Origin: Verrucomicrobiota bacterium
GTDB taxonomy: Bacteria; Verrucomicrobiota; Kiritimatiellia; CAIVKH01
Length of the DNA stretch: 64,000 nucleotides
Reading direction: 5' to 3'
Assembly (NCBI GenBank): GCA_024233345.1
Contig: JACKPT010000011.1
Coordinates: 71,516-135,515 of the forward strand
This document shows positions 36,430-46,811 of this stretch, in pieces; the first letter of the stretch is position 1; each line of letters begins with the position of its first letter. Below the pieces are notes generated by a model, which was given only the letters and a program-made list of their open reading frames with translations, had not been told where the DNA came from and did no database searches. A program made the translations under genes and the position numbers.

Positions 36430-37662
36430 CTAGCGTTTGAATGGGACGCTCTGATCCAGCCGGGGGTGGCCGTCTTGCAGGTCCGCCTTCTGAATTCCTT
36501 TACCCTTGTTGGCTTTGGCAAGGTCCTCAATCAAACCGGCGAGCAGATGAATGCTGGCCATCACATCGCCGGTGTGACCGCTCTCGGAAATGGTATGCAT
36601 ATTGCGCAGGGGGATGCCCAGCGAGGCGGAAGCTGCATCGACACTGGCCAGAGCCGCCGCCATTGCGTCGGTACCGGTGTCCCGCCCGGAAGGGCTGGTC
36701 TGCAGGGGAATATCACGCTTCCTTGCCGCCTGCACAATCAGGCTATTGAGATACTCACTGGTCGTGGCACCGGTGGTGAGGGTCGGGCCCTCCCCAATCG
36801 CAACCTTGGTAAATCGCTGATCGCCGACCCCGGGGGCGGCATCGTAGTCATGGTCCACATCGACACCAATCAGAATATCCGGCTTCAGAACCCCGGCAAA
36901 CACCCGGCTGCCGAACCGGCCGATTTCTTCATGGGTGGCGATGGCAAACTGAACCCGGAGGGTCTCCGGTGTCTTTTTTGCAATCAGTCGCGCGGTCTCC
37001 AGGGTCACAAAACTACCCAAACCATTATCGAGATAAGCCCCGTAAAAGGTGTTGTCGGCAAAACCAGGGCGGATTGGCCGATTCATGAGTAGGGTGTCGC
37101 CGGGCTTGATCCCCGCCTTTTGCACCTGCTTCTTTTTATCTTTGCCGTGCAGTTGAAGTTCCAGATAGAGCATTTCGGGCTTGATGCCCTTTTCCCCGTT
37201 ACGCAGTCCAGCCGGTGCGAAGTGAATCGCCCCGATGGCTTCAATGGTGCCGCCCTCAATTCGCCGGTACTGCCCGGGCTTCTCCGGATGCTCGCTGAAC
37301 ACGATGACCTCATGACCGATCAGGGTGGTGGGTAAAAAGGAATCCGAGTTGATCCAGACCTTCCCGTCATCGCCGATGGATCGAACCTGCATCCGGATCT
37401 TGTCGGCATGACCGATGATCATGACACTGCACAGGTCGTCCCGGCCGGGATGGGTATCACAGACAATGCCCGCATTTCCTTTGAATTGATGAATCGACCA
37501 GCTCGCCGGCATGAACGATTCCATCTCCGGCTTGATCACCCCGTAGGTCATGGCGGCTTCCAGTCCGATTGGGCTGGGGGCGGCCAGCACACGCCGCATC
37601 AAAGAGAATTTATTCTCCGGCATCGCCTGGGTCCAGGGTTTGGATTTCTTCTCCGCTTTCAT
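36430..37662 (-). CDS. M42-family (clan MH) aminopeptidase/endoglucanase-like protein
   Basis: Start at ATG 37662 (MKAEKK...) with AGGAG 5 nt upstream. Metal-ligand-like blocks IGHADKI, ATHEEIGRFG, GVDVDHD, NMHT. Confidence 0.7.
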   Translation of the reverse strand: MKAEKKSKPWTQAMPENKFSLMRRVLAAPSPIGLEAAMTYGVIKPEMESFMPASWSIHQFKGNAGIVCDTHPGRDDLCSVMIIGHADKIRMQVRSIGDDGKVWINSDSFLPTTLIGHEVIVFSEHPEKPGQYRRIEGGTIEAIGAIHFAPAGLRNGEKGIKPEMLYLELQLHGKDKKKQVQKAGIKPGDTLLMNRPIRPGFADNTFYGAYLDNGLGSFVTLETARLIAKKTPETLRVQFAIATHEEIGRFGSRVFAGVLKPDILIGVDVDHDYDAAPGVGDQRFTKVAIGEGPTLTTGATTSEYLNSLIVQAARKRDIPLQTSPSGRDTGTDAMAAALASVDAASASLGIPLRNMHTISESGHTGDVMASIHLLAGLIEDLAKANKGKGIQKADLQDGHPRLDQSVPFKR

Positions 37663-37751
37663 CGTACTCCTGCTTTCCATGGGGCGATTGGTCTGCCCCC
37701 TTGCATTTACCTGTCATTCGTCTTAAAAACCGTATTAGTGGATACGCTATC

Positions 37752-39107
37752 ATGACCGACATCGCAACCCTGCTTTCACAGGATTTTCATGCCATTTGGC
37801 ATCCCTATACCCGGTTTTCCACCCTCCGGGAGCACCAACTGCCTGTCCTTTGCCGCGGCGAAGGCATGCATCTATACACCCCGGATGGGCGTGCGTTTGT
37901 GGATGCCATCTCATCCTGGTGGTGTTGCGCCCTCGGCCACAGTCACCCGGCCATCGTCCGGGCAATCCAGAGCCAGGCCGGACAGCTCCAACACAGCATT
38001 CTTGGCAATCTGACCCATCCCCAGGCGATCCGGCTTGCCCATCGCCTCGCCCACCTGCTGCCAACCCGGGACCGACATACCCTGTTCGCATCCGACGGGT
38101 CGAGCGCCATTGAGCAAGCAGTCAAAATAGCCGTTCAGTATCGTCATAACACCGGCGAAACCCAGCGCCGAAAGATTGCCTGCCTGACCTCGGCCTATCA
38201 TGGTGACACGCTCGGTTCGATGTCGCTCGGTTATGTCGAAGCATTTCACCGACCGTTTCGCGAGCTTTTGTTCAGTGCGGTGCGACTGCCGTTTCCCCAG
38301 TGCCCCTGCCGGATGACACGGGACATCGCCCCCGGGCATTCTGAACCCGATCCGGCCTGCACCGCATCCTGTTTTGCCGAGGCCGAAGCCATTCTTGAGG
38401 AAGTTGCAGAGGAGCTCACTGCGGTGGTGGTCGAACCCATGGTCCAGGGGGCTGCCGGCATGCGAATGCACGGCGCGGGCTGGCTCTCCTCCCTTGCCAC
38501 CTGGTGCCGGAACCATGATGTTCTATTGATTCTTGATGAAATTGCCACCGGATTCGGGCGTACCGGGGAACTGTTTGCCTTTCATCATGCCGCCGGGGTG
38601 GATCCGGACATCCTGTGTCTCGGCAAAGCTCTGACCGCCGGATCGCTCCCGTTGAGCGCCACGGTGGTCAAGGACTTCATCTACCGGACCTTTGCCGATC
38701 TCGACGAAGACCATACACTTCAGCATGGCCATACCTTTTGCGGAAACCCCATCGCCGCCGCCGCTGCCAACGCAGCACTCGATGTCTATCTAGCGCCGGA
38801 ATTCCTCACCGGGGTCAGGGAGTTGGCCGGGCTGCTGCGAACCGGACTCGAGCCCTGCCGGGAAATTCCCGGGGTGCGGGATGTCCGCTGCCTCGGTTTG
38901 GTCGGTGCCGTGGAACTGGAGCCTCATCACGGACGGCCCGCAGACTCCCGGGCTCATCAAATCCGGCGGCACCTCCAGGATCAGGGCATCCTGCTCCGCC
39001 CCATCGGGGATGTCCTCTACCTGATGCCTCCCCTGATCATCGACCAGACCACCCTGGATTGGTTGATCCGTGAATTTATCCAGGCGATCTCCACCGTCGC
39101 CAGATGA
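37752..39107 (+). CDS. bioA: adenosylmethionine-8-amino-7-oxononanoate aminotransferase
   Basis: Start at ATG 37752 (MTDIATLLSQDFHAIWHPYT). Class-III aminotransferase blocks, LILDEIATGFGRTG and LCLGKALTAG (PLP Lys). Confidence 0.85.
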   Translation: MTDIATLLSQDFHAIWHPYTRFSTLREHQLPVLCRGEGMHLYTPDGRAFVDAISSWWCCALGHSHPAIVRAIQSQAGQLQHSILGNLTHPQAIRLAHRLAHLLPTRDRHTLFASDGSSAIEQAVKIAVQYRHNTGETQRRKIACLTSAYHGDTLGSMSLGYVEAFHRPFRELLFSAVRLPFPQCPCRMTRDIAPGHSEPDPACTASCFAEAEAILEEVAEELTAVVVEPMVQGAAGMRMHGAGWLSSLATWCRNHDVLLILDEIATGFGRTGELFAFHHAAGVDPDILCLGKALTAGSLPLSATVVKDFIYRTFADLDEDHTLQHGHTFCGNPIAAAAANAALDVYLAPEFLTGVRELAGLLRTGLEPCREIPGVRDVRCLGLVGAVELEPHHGRPADSRAHQIRRHLQDQGILLRPIGDVLYLMPPLIIDQTTLDWLIREFIQAISTVAR

Positions 39108-39260
39108 CTCATTCCCACGACTCTGGTTACCGGATCACCGTACCCGGCAACCTGTCAGCGGCTAGAGCCATTCAAGTAATGCCGAAGCCGTACAGCGATT
39201 CGCCAGGCAGGCTGGGCGGCCCGTGACAAACCGACCGGCCAAAGATGAACTTAGACGGCT

Positions 39261-40253
39261 CTAGAATGCGCCCAGAAACAGGGAGCCGAAGGTGGTGAAC
39301 GGCGAGGTTTCCCGAATGTCATCCACCATCGCCCGCACCTCGTTGAGGGCGCTCATCAATTCATTGTAGAGGGCATCATCCGTCAGCATCTTGCCCAGCG
39401 AACCCTCTCCAGCTCCCACTTTTCCGGTAACCTCTTCCAGCGAGGAGACCGCCGATGCGAGATCCTGATAGAGGGTGTCGTCCGAGGATAGCAACCTGCC
39501 CATGGTTCCCTCTCCCGCCGCCAGTCGGGCGGTAATTTCCGCCAGATCCCCGGATACCGCACGAAAGTTCTCATACACAGTCTCATCCTGCATCAGTTTC
39601 CCGATGGTTCCCTCACCCCGCTCGAGGGTCCCGGTCAGGTTCTTTAAACTTTTGGTGATGGCTTCAAAATCATTGTAAAGGGTGTCCTCATACAACAGCT
39701 TGCCAAAGGTTCCCCTCCCCTCAGCCAATCCCTCGGTGAGCTGTCGAACATTGGCCATCGATATTTCCAGGTTCTTGAGAATCCCCCCCTCTTCCAGCGC
39801 TTTGCGAATGGCGAGAATGGCGTCCGATGCCTCCGTGATAAAGTCGATGGGAGCGGTTCCCTTCAGTAAACTGTCGCCGGAAACCTTGGGTTGGGTCTCC
39901 GAACCCTGTTTGATCGCAACATACTTCCCCCCCAACACCGAGGATGATTCCACCGAAATCTCGTAGTCCTCCCGCAAATCCAGGCGATACTTTAACGTGA
40001 GCTCCACCACCACCCCATCACGCTCGATCGTCATCACGCTGACCCGCCCCACGTCAACCCCCTGCACATAGACCTTGTCCCCGGTAATCAAACCGGTCAC
40101 ATCGGCAAACTTGACCCGGATCTGATAGGTCTTTGTGAAGATGTTGTCGAAACTCAGGATGATGGTGAAATAGGCCAGCGCGGAAAGGATCAGGAACATG
40201 AACAGTCCCACCATCAATTCGAGCTTGGCTTGCTTGGCACGATCTTTTTTCAT
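39261..40253 (-). CDS. mlaD: MlaD/MCE-domain protein with four ~34-aa C-terminal repeats
   Basis: Start at ATG 40253 (MKKDRAKQAKLELMVGLFMFLIL), ATGA overlap with mlaF. MCE core VKFADVTGLITGDKVYVQGVDVGRV. Repeats G(E/R)GT.GKL....D.LY. Confidence 0.85.
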   Translation of the reverse strand: MKKDRAKQAKLELMVGLFMFLILSALAYFTIILSFDNIFTKTYQIRVKFADVTGLITGDKVYVQGVDVGRVSVMTIERDGVVVELTLKYRLDLREDYEISVESSSVLGGKYVAIKQGSETQPKVSGDSLLKGTAPIDFITEASDAILAIRKALEEGGILKNLEISMANVRQLTEGLAEGRGTFGKLLYEDTLYNDFEAITKSLKNLTGTLERGEGTIGKLMQDETVYENFRAVSGDLAEITARLAAGEGTMGRLLSSDDTLYQDLASAVSSLEEVTGKVGAGEGSLGKMLTDDALYNELMSALNEVRAMVDDIRETSPFTTFGSLFLGAF

Positions 40254-41014
40254 GACGAAACCGACTCCTCCCATACACCCTTTCGGGTTATGTACTGCGA
40301 TGCAAGAAATTGTTGAACCACCGGGTGGCTGGAATGAATAAAGTCCGCTGGGGTCGCCAATTCCACCACCTTGCCCTGATGCAACATGGCGATCCGGGTC
40401 CCAATCGACAGGGCACTGTGCAAGTCGTGGGTCACGACAATGCTGGTAATTCCCAGCTCCCGGTTGGTATTGGCAATCAGCTCGTCGATGGTTCTGGATG
40501 TCAGGGGGTCCAATCCCGACGTCGGTTCATCGTACAAGACCACTTCCGGTTGACGAACAATGGCCCGGGCCAGTGAAACCCGCTTCTTCATCCCCCCGGA
40601 CAAATCCGAAGGCGAACGGTCATAGGCATCCTCAAGCTCGACCAAACGAAGCTTTTCCCGCACCAGGCCATCGATTTCATCATCGGTCATCTTTGTGTGC
40701 TCCCGCAAAGGCAAGGCGACATTCTCACCCGCGGAGATCCACTGAAGCAACGCGCCGCTTTGGAACAGGTAGCCGAATTTGGCCCGAATGCGCTCCAGAT
40801 CCCGCCCGGTGGCTTCCGAGACACAATCATCGCCGACCCACACTTGGCCCTCATCCGGGGTCAACAACCGGACCATGTGCTTGAGGGTGACACTTTTCCC
40901 CGCGCCGGACAATCCCACGATGATGAAGACCTCACCCTGGGCAATGGTGAACGTGGCTTCATCCAGCACGGTCTTTTTGCCAAAGCGCTTGGTCACTTGT
41001 TCGAAACGAATCAT
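40250..41014 (-). CDS. mlaF: Mla-type ABC transporter ATP-binding protein
   Basis: Walker A GLSGAGKS, signature LSGGMKKR, Walker B VVLYDEPTSGLD. Confidence 0.9.
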   Translation of the reverse strand: MIRFEQVTKRFGKKTVLDEATFTIAQGEVFIIVGLSGAGKSVTLKHMVRLLTPDEGQVWVGDDCVSEATGRDLERIRAKFGYLFQSGALLQWISAGENVALPLREHTKMTDDEIDGLVREKLRLVELEDAYDRSPSDLSGGMKKRVSLARAIVRQPEVVLYDEPTSGLDPLTSRTIDELIANTNRELGITSIVVTHDLHSALSIGTRIAMLHQGKVVELATPADFIHSSHPVVQQFLASQYITRKGVWEESVSS

Positions 41015-41826
41015 AGCCGATAAAACATCCGGGTGATGATATAGCCTAGGATCAGAATCGTCAGAAAGGAAATGATCACCGTCCGCCGGGTCGCCTGGCC
41101 CACCCCAACCGCGCCATTGGAGGCGGTCAGGCCCTGATGGCAGGAAACCGTGGCGATCACAATCCCGAATACCAGGGCCTTGAAGAGTCCCACATAAAGA
41201 TCCTTGTTCTGGGCAAACAACTGGGCGTTGTCAAAATAGGCGGTCATCGTAACCTCCAACTGGGTGGTCCCCACCACCGCCCCGCCAAAGATCCCGACAA
41301 TATTGGTGAAGACGGTCAGCAGAGGCAGCATGATCATCAGGGCCACCAGTCGCGGCATGACCAGGAACCGGACCGGGTTGATCGACATGATCTCCAGTGC
41401 GGATATTTCCTCCGACACGGTCATGGTGCCAATTTGTGCGGCGATCGCCGACCCGACACTGGCGGCAATGATCAGGGCTGTCATAAAAGGTCCCATCTCG
41501 CGCAGCATCACCACCGTGACTGCGGTGCCAATGTTCGACTGCAAACCGAACCGGCGCAATTCCAGTCCGGTCTGCAGGGCGAGAATCATCCCCGTGAACA
41601 TGCCGACCACGGTAATGACCCCCAGACTCTTAATCCCGCCCACGTACATTTGCTGAAAGATCTGCTGTCGGGCCCGGAACCTGAACATGCTCCGGATATG
41701 CAGAAAAGCCTCCCCCAGCATCAGCAGTGCGAGACCGGCCCCGCGAAGGGTCTGGACCACATGTCGGCCCGTCTGCTCGATGATGGTCTCCGCCGGGGGC
41801 AGATATTCTGGTTCACGGGTTTTCAA
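41011..41826 (-). CDS. mlaE: Mla-type ABC transporter permease
   Basis: 271 aa. The typical MlaE/Ttg2B pattern (LREMGPFMTALIIAASVGSAIAAQIGTMTVSEEISALEIMSINP). Confidence 0.9.
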   Translation of the reverse strand: MKTREPEYLPPAETIIEQTGRHVVQTLRGAGLALLMLGEAFLHIRSMFRFRARQQIFQQMYVGGIKSLGVITVVGMFTGMILALQTGLELRRFGLQSNIGTAVTVVMLREMGPFMTALIIAASVGSAIAAQIGTMTVSEEISALEIMSINPVRFLVMPRLVALMIMLPLLTVFTNIVGIFGGAVVGTTQLEVTMTAYFDNAQLFAQNKDLYVGLFKALVFGIVIATVSCHQGLTASNGAVGVGQATRRTVIISFLTILILGYIITRMFYRL

Positions 41827-43286
41827 AAAACAGGTCGCTCCATCTCATCGCCTATGGAAAAAAAGTACAGCATCCGCCACCGTTTGTCTTCCCCCCGTCG
41901 TTCCCGCCCCAACAACCCCTTGAGCAGGGACCAGGCATGATAGGGCGGCTCCACCCGTTCGTCGCGCCAGGTTTCCATGAGGGGAAACAGGGAGCGATAG
42001 CGAGCCTGCTCCCCCCGCTGGAAATCACGGTAGAGGCCCCAGAGAATTTCCCAATCCACATTGTCCTGATGGGCGGTGCGCTGGACCAGTGACCACAGGG
42101 GAGCCCAATTGCGCTCCACCCCCTGAATTTCTCCGAAAGGCAGAAGGGCAATCATGCGGAACCGACTGGTCTCCCCCTGCCGGTGATAGGAAAACAGGGG
42201 CCACACCTTGACATAGCGTGCCAGGGTTTGCTTCCCGCCCTCCGTTTCGGCATACCGGTGCTTGTGGATGAAGAACGGAACCGCCATCCATCGGGTCTGC
42301 ACCGACTCAGGATAGGTTACCCGGCTGTGCCACAGAAATGGCCAGGCAAGAAAATGGCGGTCCAGATTGCCAACCTGCTTGTGGCCATACAGCGGAAACA
42401 GGTACAGAAAATCCTTGTCACCGGAGCCCCATTGTACAAATGGCCAGGGGCAATAGACCAGATTCTGATCCTCGCCCCGGGTAAACCGAAACAGCGGCGG
42501 CACGACCCAGGTCGTTTTCTGATCGGTCAGGTTCAACTGCCCGTACAGGGGAAACAGGACAAAGCCGCTTCCACTGGATTTCGGATAGTGATACTGCACA
42601 TCATTCCAGATCGGCCACAGCACAAATCGCTTGTCATGCTTTCCTTCGAGATGGCTTTCCCCATAGAAAGGAAAGACCCTCATGCGATCAATGCCGGGGC
42701 CCTTGGTCCGGGAATAGATCGGCCACAATACCGACTTGGACTCAATCTCGTTGATCCGGGTCTGGATATACAGGGGAAAAAGCACGAAGGACACGGAGTC
42801 GCGACCCAGAATCTCGTCGATGGTTCCCCCAATGGGAAACAGGGCCCGGTAGGTCTCTCCCTCCGCATTGCGGCCCTGAAAGTAGAAGGGTATGAACCAC
42901 TCGCGGTGTCGGCGCGGATCATCGTCCCCGTGGCCATACCCAAAAAAGATTCCGGCCCGCCAGCTTGTCTCATGGCCCAGATCCCGGTCATTGTATAGTG
43001 GCCACAGGAGATCCCGCAGGTTGCGGTCGCCCACAGGGTCCTCGATCCGGCTCCCCAAGGGGCGTAGACCGGTGTAGGTGACGTCGCCGGGAGCAACCAC
43101 TTTTTCCCAAATCGGCCCCAGGGCCTTGGTCCGGGTATGACCCAAAACATCGGTGTGGCGACTGGCGATAAATCCCAGGTCAAAAGCATCGGGAGAGAAC
43201 TTGGCGATCACAGGCCCCCCCACAAGCAGGAACCCGAGGGCCACCGTCCATCCCACCCGCCATCGTGACGTTACACCGCCCCCCAT
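41823..43286 (-). CDS. repeat protein (~20 x [WF]P[LIF][YFW] hairpin-like units), putative outer-membrane protein
   Basis: 487 aa. N-terminal hydrophobic signal-like segment (WTVALGFLLVGGPVIA). Recurrent LWPLY, FIPFY, LFPLY, LWPIY, VFPFY, LWPIW, LFPLY, PPLF, WPFV, LFPLY, WPFLW, VPFF, VWPLF... C-terminal residue is Phe. ATGA overlap with mlaE. Confidence 0.6.
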   Translation of the reverse strand: MGGGVTSRWRVGWTVALGFLLVGGPVIAKFSPDAFDLGFIASRHTDVLGHTRTKALGPIWEKVVAPGDVTYTGLRPLGSRIEDPVGDRNLRDLLWPLYNDRDLGHETSWRAGIFFGYGHGDDDPRRHREWFIPFYFQGRNAEGETYRALFPIGGTIDEILGRDSVSFVLFPLYIQTRINEIESKSVLWPIYSRTKGPGIDRMRVFPFYGESHLEGKHDKRFVLWPIWNDVQYHYPKSSGSGFVLFPLYGQLNLTDQKTTWVVPPLFRFTRGEDQNLVYCPWPFVQWGSGDKDFLYLFPLYGHKQVGNLDRHFLAWPFLWHSRVTYPESVQTRWMAVPFFIHKHRYAETEGGKQTLARYVKVWPLFSYHRQGETSRFRMIALLPFGEIQGVERNWAPLWSLVQRTAHQDNVDWEILWGLYRDFQRGEQARYRSLFPLMETWRDERVEPPYHAWSLLKGLLGRERRGEDKRWRMLYFFSIGDEMERPVF

Positions 43287-43287
43287 A

Positions 43288-44640
43288 TTAACCGATCGCT
43301 TTCCTCACCACATCAGCAAGGGTTTGGGTGAGTCGATCGGTCATCTCTTTGGTCGGCCCCTCCACCATGACCCGGCACATCGACTGGGTACCGGAGTACC
43401 GGATCAATACCCGGCCCTGGTCGCCAAGCTCCGCCTCGGCAGCGGTGATCGCGTCCGCGACCTCGGGGATGGTGGAGAGATCCGGCTTGGATTGGACATC
43501 GATGTTGATCATTTTCTGCGGGGTCATCTGCATGATGGTAGCCAGCTCAGACAACCGCCGCCCGCTGGTGCGCATGACCGCCATCAATTGCAGCGCGGAG
43601 AGTATTCCGTCACCGGTGGTATGATGGTGACCGAAAATTAAATGACCGGATGCCTCCCCTCCGAGTACGGCATTGCGATCCCGCATCTGCTCAATCACAT
43701 AACGGTCACCGACCTGGGTGGTGACACAGTCGATCCCCAGTTGCTTCATCGCGGTGAAGAATCCAAAATTGGCCATGACCGTGGCCACCACCAGGTTGTT
43801 GTCGAGGGCCCCCTGCTCTTTCATGTGTCGAGCGCAAATTGCGATGATGTGATCCCCGGTCAACTCCTGACCGGTTTCGTCCACCGCGATCATCCGATCC
43901 CCATCCCCATCAAACGCAAGACCGATATGCGCACCGGATCGTTTGACCTCCGCAACCAGGTCCTCGGTATGCTGGGAGCCGCACCGGTCATTGATGTTCA
44001 GCCCATTCGGACGGCAATGCAGGGCCGTCACCTCCGCCCCCAATTCGGAAAAGATAATCGGGGCAATTTTGTAGGTCGCCCCATTGGCGCAATCCAGAAC
44101 CACTTTCATTCCCGCGAGATCCAGGCTGTCCGGAAAGGTGTTTTTGCAAAAAACGATGTAACGCCCCAGGGCATCATCGATACGAAAGGCCTTGCCCACA
44201 TCCTCGGCGGTCGGACGGATGTCGCGGATGCGCCCCGAACTGATCAATTCGGCGATGGTGTCCTCCTCGTGGTCCGGCAGTTTGTACCCATCCCGGGAAA
44301 AGATTTTGATCCCGTTGTCCTGATAGGGATTGTGGGAGGCGGAAATAACCAGGCCCGCATCGGCTCGCATGTTCCGGGTGATGAATGAAATGCCCGGGGT
44401 CGGCATCGGTCCCACTAGGAGAACATCCACCCCCATGGAGCAGATACCTGCAGTCAGGGCATTTTCCAGCATATAACCGCTGATCCGGGTGTCTTTTCCA
44501 ATGACAATGCGATGCCGCTCAGCCTGATGCTGTTTGCACACATACGCGGTAGCGCGGCCGATCTCCAGGACCATCTCCGCGGTCATGGGCGGCATGTTGG
44601 CCACTCCCCGCACACCATCGGTTCCAAACAATCGGCTCAT
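43288..44640 (-). CDS. glmM: phosphoglucosamine mutase
   Basis: [15 protein letters not shown]..., active-site block [14 protein letters not shown], 450 aa. Confidence 0.95.
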   Translation of the reverse strand: MSRLFGTDGVRGVANMPPMTAEMVLEIGRATAYVCKQHQAERHRIVIGKDTRISGYMLENALTAGICSMGVDVLLVGPMPTPGISFITRNMRADAGLVISASHNPYQDNGIKIFSRDGYKLPDHEEDTIAELISSGRIRDIRPTAEDVGKAFRIDDALGRYIVFCKNTFPDSLDLAGMKVVLDCANGATYKIAPIIFSELGAEVTALHCRPNGLNINDRCGSQHTEDLVAEVKRSGAHIGLAFDGDGDRMIAVDETGQELTGDHIIAICARHMKEQGALDNNLVVATVMANFGFFTAMKQLGIDCVTTQVGDRYVIEQMRDRNAVLGGEASGHLIFGHHHTTGDGILSALQLMAVMRTSGRRLSELATIMQMTPQKMINIDVQSKPDLSTIPEVADAITAAEAELGDQGRVLIRYSGTQSMCRVMVEGPTKEMTDRLTQTLADVVRKAIG

Positions 44641-45908
44641 GCTTTACCTCCTCCGTCCTGTATCAAACCTGATTCCGAAGACACCAGTTCGTCCAGCCAT
44701 TGTGTGCCCGCGGATCGTACTTGTTCATCCAGGGTCTGTATGGTCTGAATGTAGGACCCATCGGTCCGGGATTCCAATGCTTCGGCCAGGCGGGCAAGCG
44801 ACGCGTGGTCTTCCTGATCACCCCGGTCGGATGTGCAACGTTCGGCCACGCCCGCCCACTGCGTTATCCATTGCTTTTGTCGCCCTACTTCTTCTCGGCG
44901 ATCGCCCATCCGCCCCGATTCCAACACGGCAATGGACGACGGCAACTGTTCGATCACGGCCCCCAGCCGTTTGATCCGTTCCTTCAGCATCGCGGCAATC
45001 TGATCCAACGCTCCCTCATAGCAGGCCTGACCATAGGAATCCCCGGTGAGAAATGGCTTCCGAATCTGCCGGTACCAGGCTCGATAAGCCTTGAGGTTTC
45101 CGATATAGAGCAAATTCGCCTCCACCAAGCGCTGTATATCCTTGTACACGCCGGTCGTATAAGGGCGCACATCGCCCTGCGGCAGTGATGGCGCATAGTG
45201 AATGTGACCGGCCTGCCCGGCATCGCCCCGATAGACTGTGCCCGCCGGTATGATCGCACCAAAAGCAACCCGGCACGGCCCCACCAATCCACCTTGCCCG
45301 CCGAGAAATATCGGGGGCTGATTCAACATGACCCCCCGTGGAACATCCCCCACCAGAGACCCGGTGGCTTTATCCTGATGCGGGGTAAAATTGAAGTGAA
45401 TATAGGAGGAACCGACCTCGCTGTGGTTCTTCCGACTGGTTCCCCCGGCCATCAGGATGTCACAAAAATTGACCAGACTGCCCACGGTGACAAAGGGCAG
45501 CAGAACCGTCTGCTTCAAGCCCACCGTATGAGCCACGCTTGCTTCTTCTTCCAAAATTGTACCGGGACGAATATGCGCGCCGGACCCGGCCGAGGCTCCC
45601 CGCAAAAAGACCGCACCTTCGGCATACCCCCCGCTGAGTTTGACATCCCGCTCCAGTTGGCAGTTGTTGACGGTCATCGGGGTTTCCCCGCCCAACACGC
45701 AACCAGGGCCAATCGACAGGTGCTCGCCATAGAGCCGACAACCCGCGTGAAGTATCACCCCGGGAGCAATCCTCCCCGGATCGACTTCGTTCCCCACCAC
45801 CACCATCGAGGGCTGCTCCATCACCACGCCACGGTCTAATAAGGCTGGGATCGGTTGATTCATGTGTCCATTGCTCATGCTGACCTGCGCGTTACTCCTG
45901 CGGGTCAT
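44637..45908 (-). CDS. left-handed beta-helix (hexapeptide-repeat) protein, GlmU-C-terminal-like, with helical C-terminal domain
   Basis: The track ORF (to 46133) would overlap the divergent SDR gene. In-frame ATGs lie at 45908, 45878 and 45863, so the start is uncertain. LbH-like region [26 protein letters not shown]...[34 protein letters not shown] overlap with glmM. Confidence 0.5.
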   Translation of the reverse strand: MTRRSNAQVSMSNGHMNQPIPALLDRGVVMEQPSMVVVGNEVDPGRIAPGVILHAGCRLYGEHLSIGPGCVLGGETPMTVNNCQLERDVKLSGGYAEGAVFLRGASAGSGAHIRPGTILEEEASVAHTVGLKQTVLLPFVTVGSLVNFCDILMAGGTSRKNHSEVGSSYIHFNFTPHQDKATGSLVGDVPRGVMLNQPPIFLGGQGGLVGPCRVAFGAIIPAGTVYRGDAGQAGHIHYAPSLPQGDVRPYTTGVYKDIQRLVEANLLYIGNLKAYRAWYRQIRKPFLTGDSYGQACYEGALDQIAAMLKERIKRLGAVIEQLPSSIAVLESGRMGDRREEVGRQKQWITQWAGVAERCTSDRGDQEDHASLARLAEALESRTDGSYIQTIQTLDEQVRSAGTQWLDELVSSESGLIQDGGGKA

Positions 45909-46055
45909 CACCCGCGGCTGATGTCGATCTGGTATCCGGTCACTTATACCGACTTCACCCTGGACCGGCAAGCGTGGCTTTCTCTTGCCCGACAGGCAGT
46001 TATCGGATTTTTTCGGGCCCGATTGAAATGCGGATACGACACCGTATAGTGAAGG

Positions 46056-46811
46056 GTGAACCATTCGACCATGACCGATCATTCCGTACTGATCTTTGGC
46101 GCCTATGGCGGCATTGGCTCTGCCTTGACCCATCGGATGTGCCGCAGGGGCGGCCAGGCGGTCTTTGCCGCCGGCCGGGATCCCGAAAAGCTACGTGGCC
46201 TGTCCGAGGCTACCGGCGCTCGTCCTATTGCCGCCGATGTCACCTCCGCCACCGAGGTCGAAAAAGCCGTTCGGTTTGCGGATGAAGAATCCGCTGGCTT
46301 GCAGGGTATTGCCCTCTGTGTCGGTTCGATTCTGCTCAAACCCGCACACCTGACCACGGAGGAAGAGTGGGCTCAGACCATGGCGATCAACCTCACATCG
46401 GCCTTTCATGTCGTCAAATATGGCGCCAAAGTGCTCAGCCGATCTGGTGGTTCCATCGTTTTGATCTCCACCGTGGCGGCACGGATCGGGCTTGCCAACC
46501 ATGAGGCGATTGCCGCTGCCAAGGCCGGTGTCCAGGGGTTGGCGCTGAGCGCGGCGGCGACCTATGCCAGTCGTGGGGTCCGGGTAAATTGTATTGCCCC
46601 CGGGCTTGTCAATACGCCGCTTTCCGCTAAGATTGTCGGTAATGAGACCGCTTTGAACGCCTCACGGTCCATGCATCCCCTCGGACGCATTGGAAATCCG
46701 GAAGACGTTGCGTCGGCGATCGATTGGCTGCTGTCACCCGAGCAATCCTGGGTGACCGGGCAAATCATCGGGGTTGACGGGGGATTATCCCGGATCCGGT
46801 CTCGATCATGA
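46056..46811 (+). CDS. short-chain dehydrogenase/reductase
   Basis: VLIFGAYGGIGSAL (TGxxxGxG-like), NHEAIAAAK (YxxxK variant), 251 aa. Confidence 0.85.
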   Translation: MNHSTMTDHSVLIFGAYGGIGSALTHRMCRRGGQAVFAAGRDPEKLRGLSEATGARPIAADVTSATEVEKAVRFADEESAGLQGIALCVGSILLKPAHLTTEEEWAQTMAINLTSAFHVVKYGAKVLSRSGGSIVLISTVAARIGLANHEAIAAAKAGVQGLALSAAATYASRGVRVNCIAPGLVNTPLSAKIVGNETALNASRSMHPLGRIGNPEDVASAIDWLLSPEQSWVTGQIIGVDGGLSRIRSRS

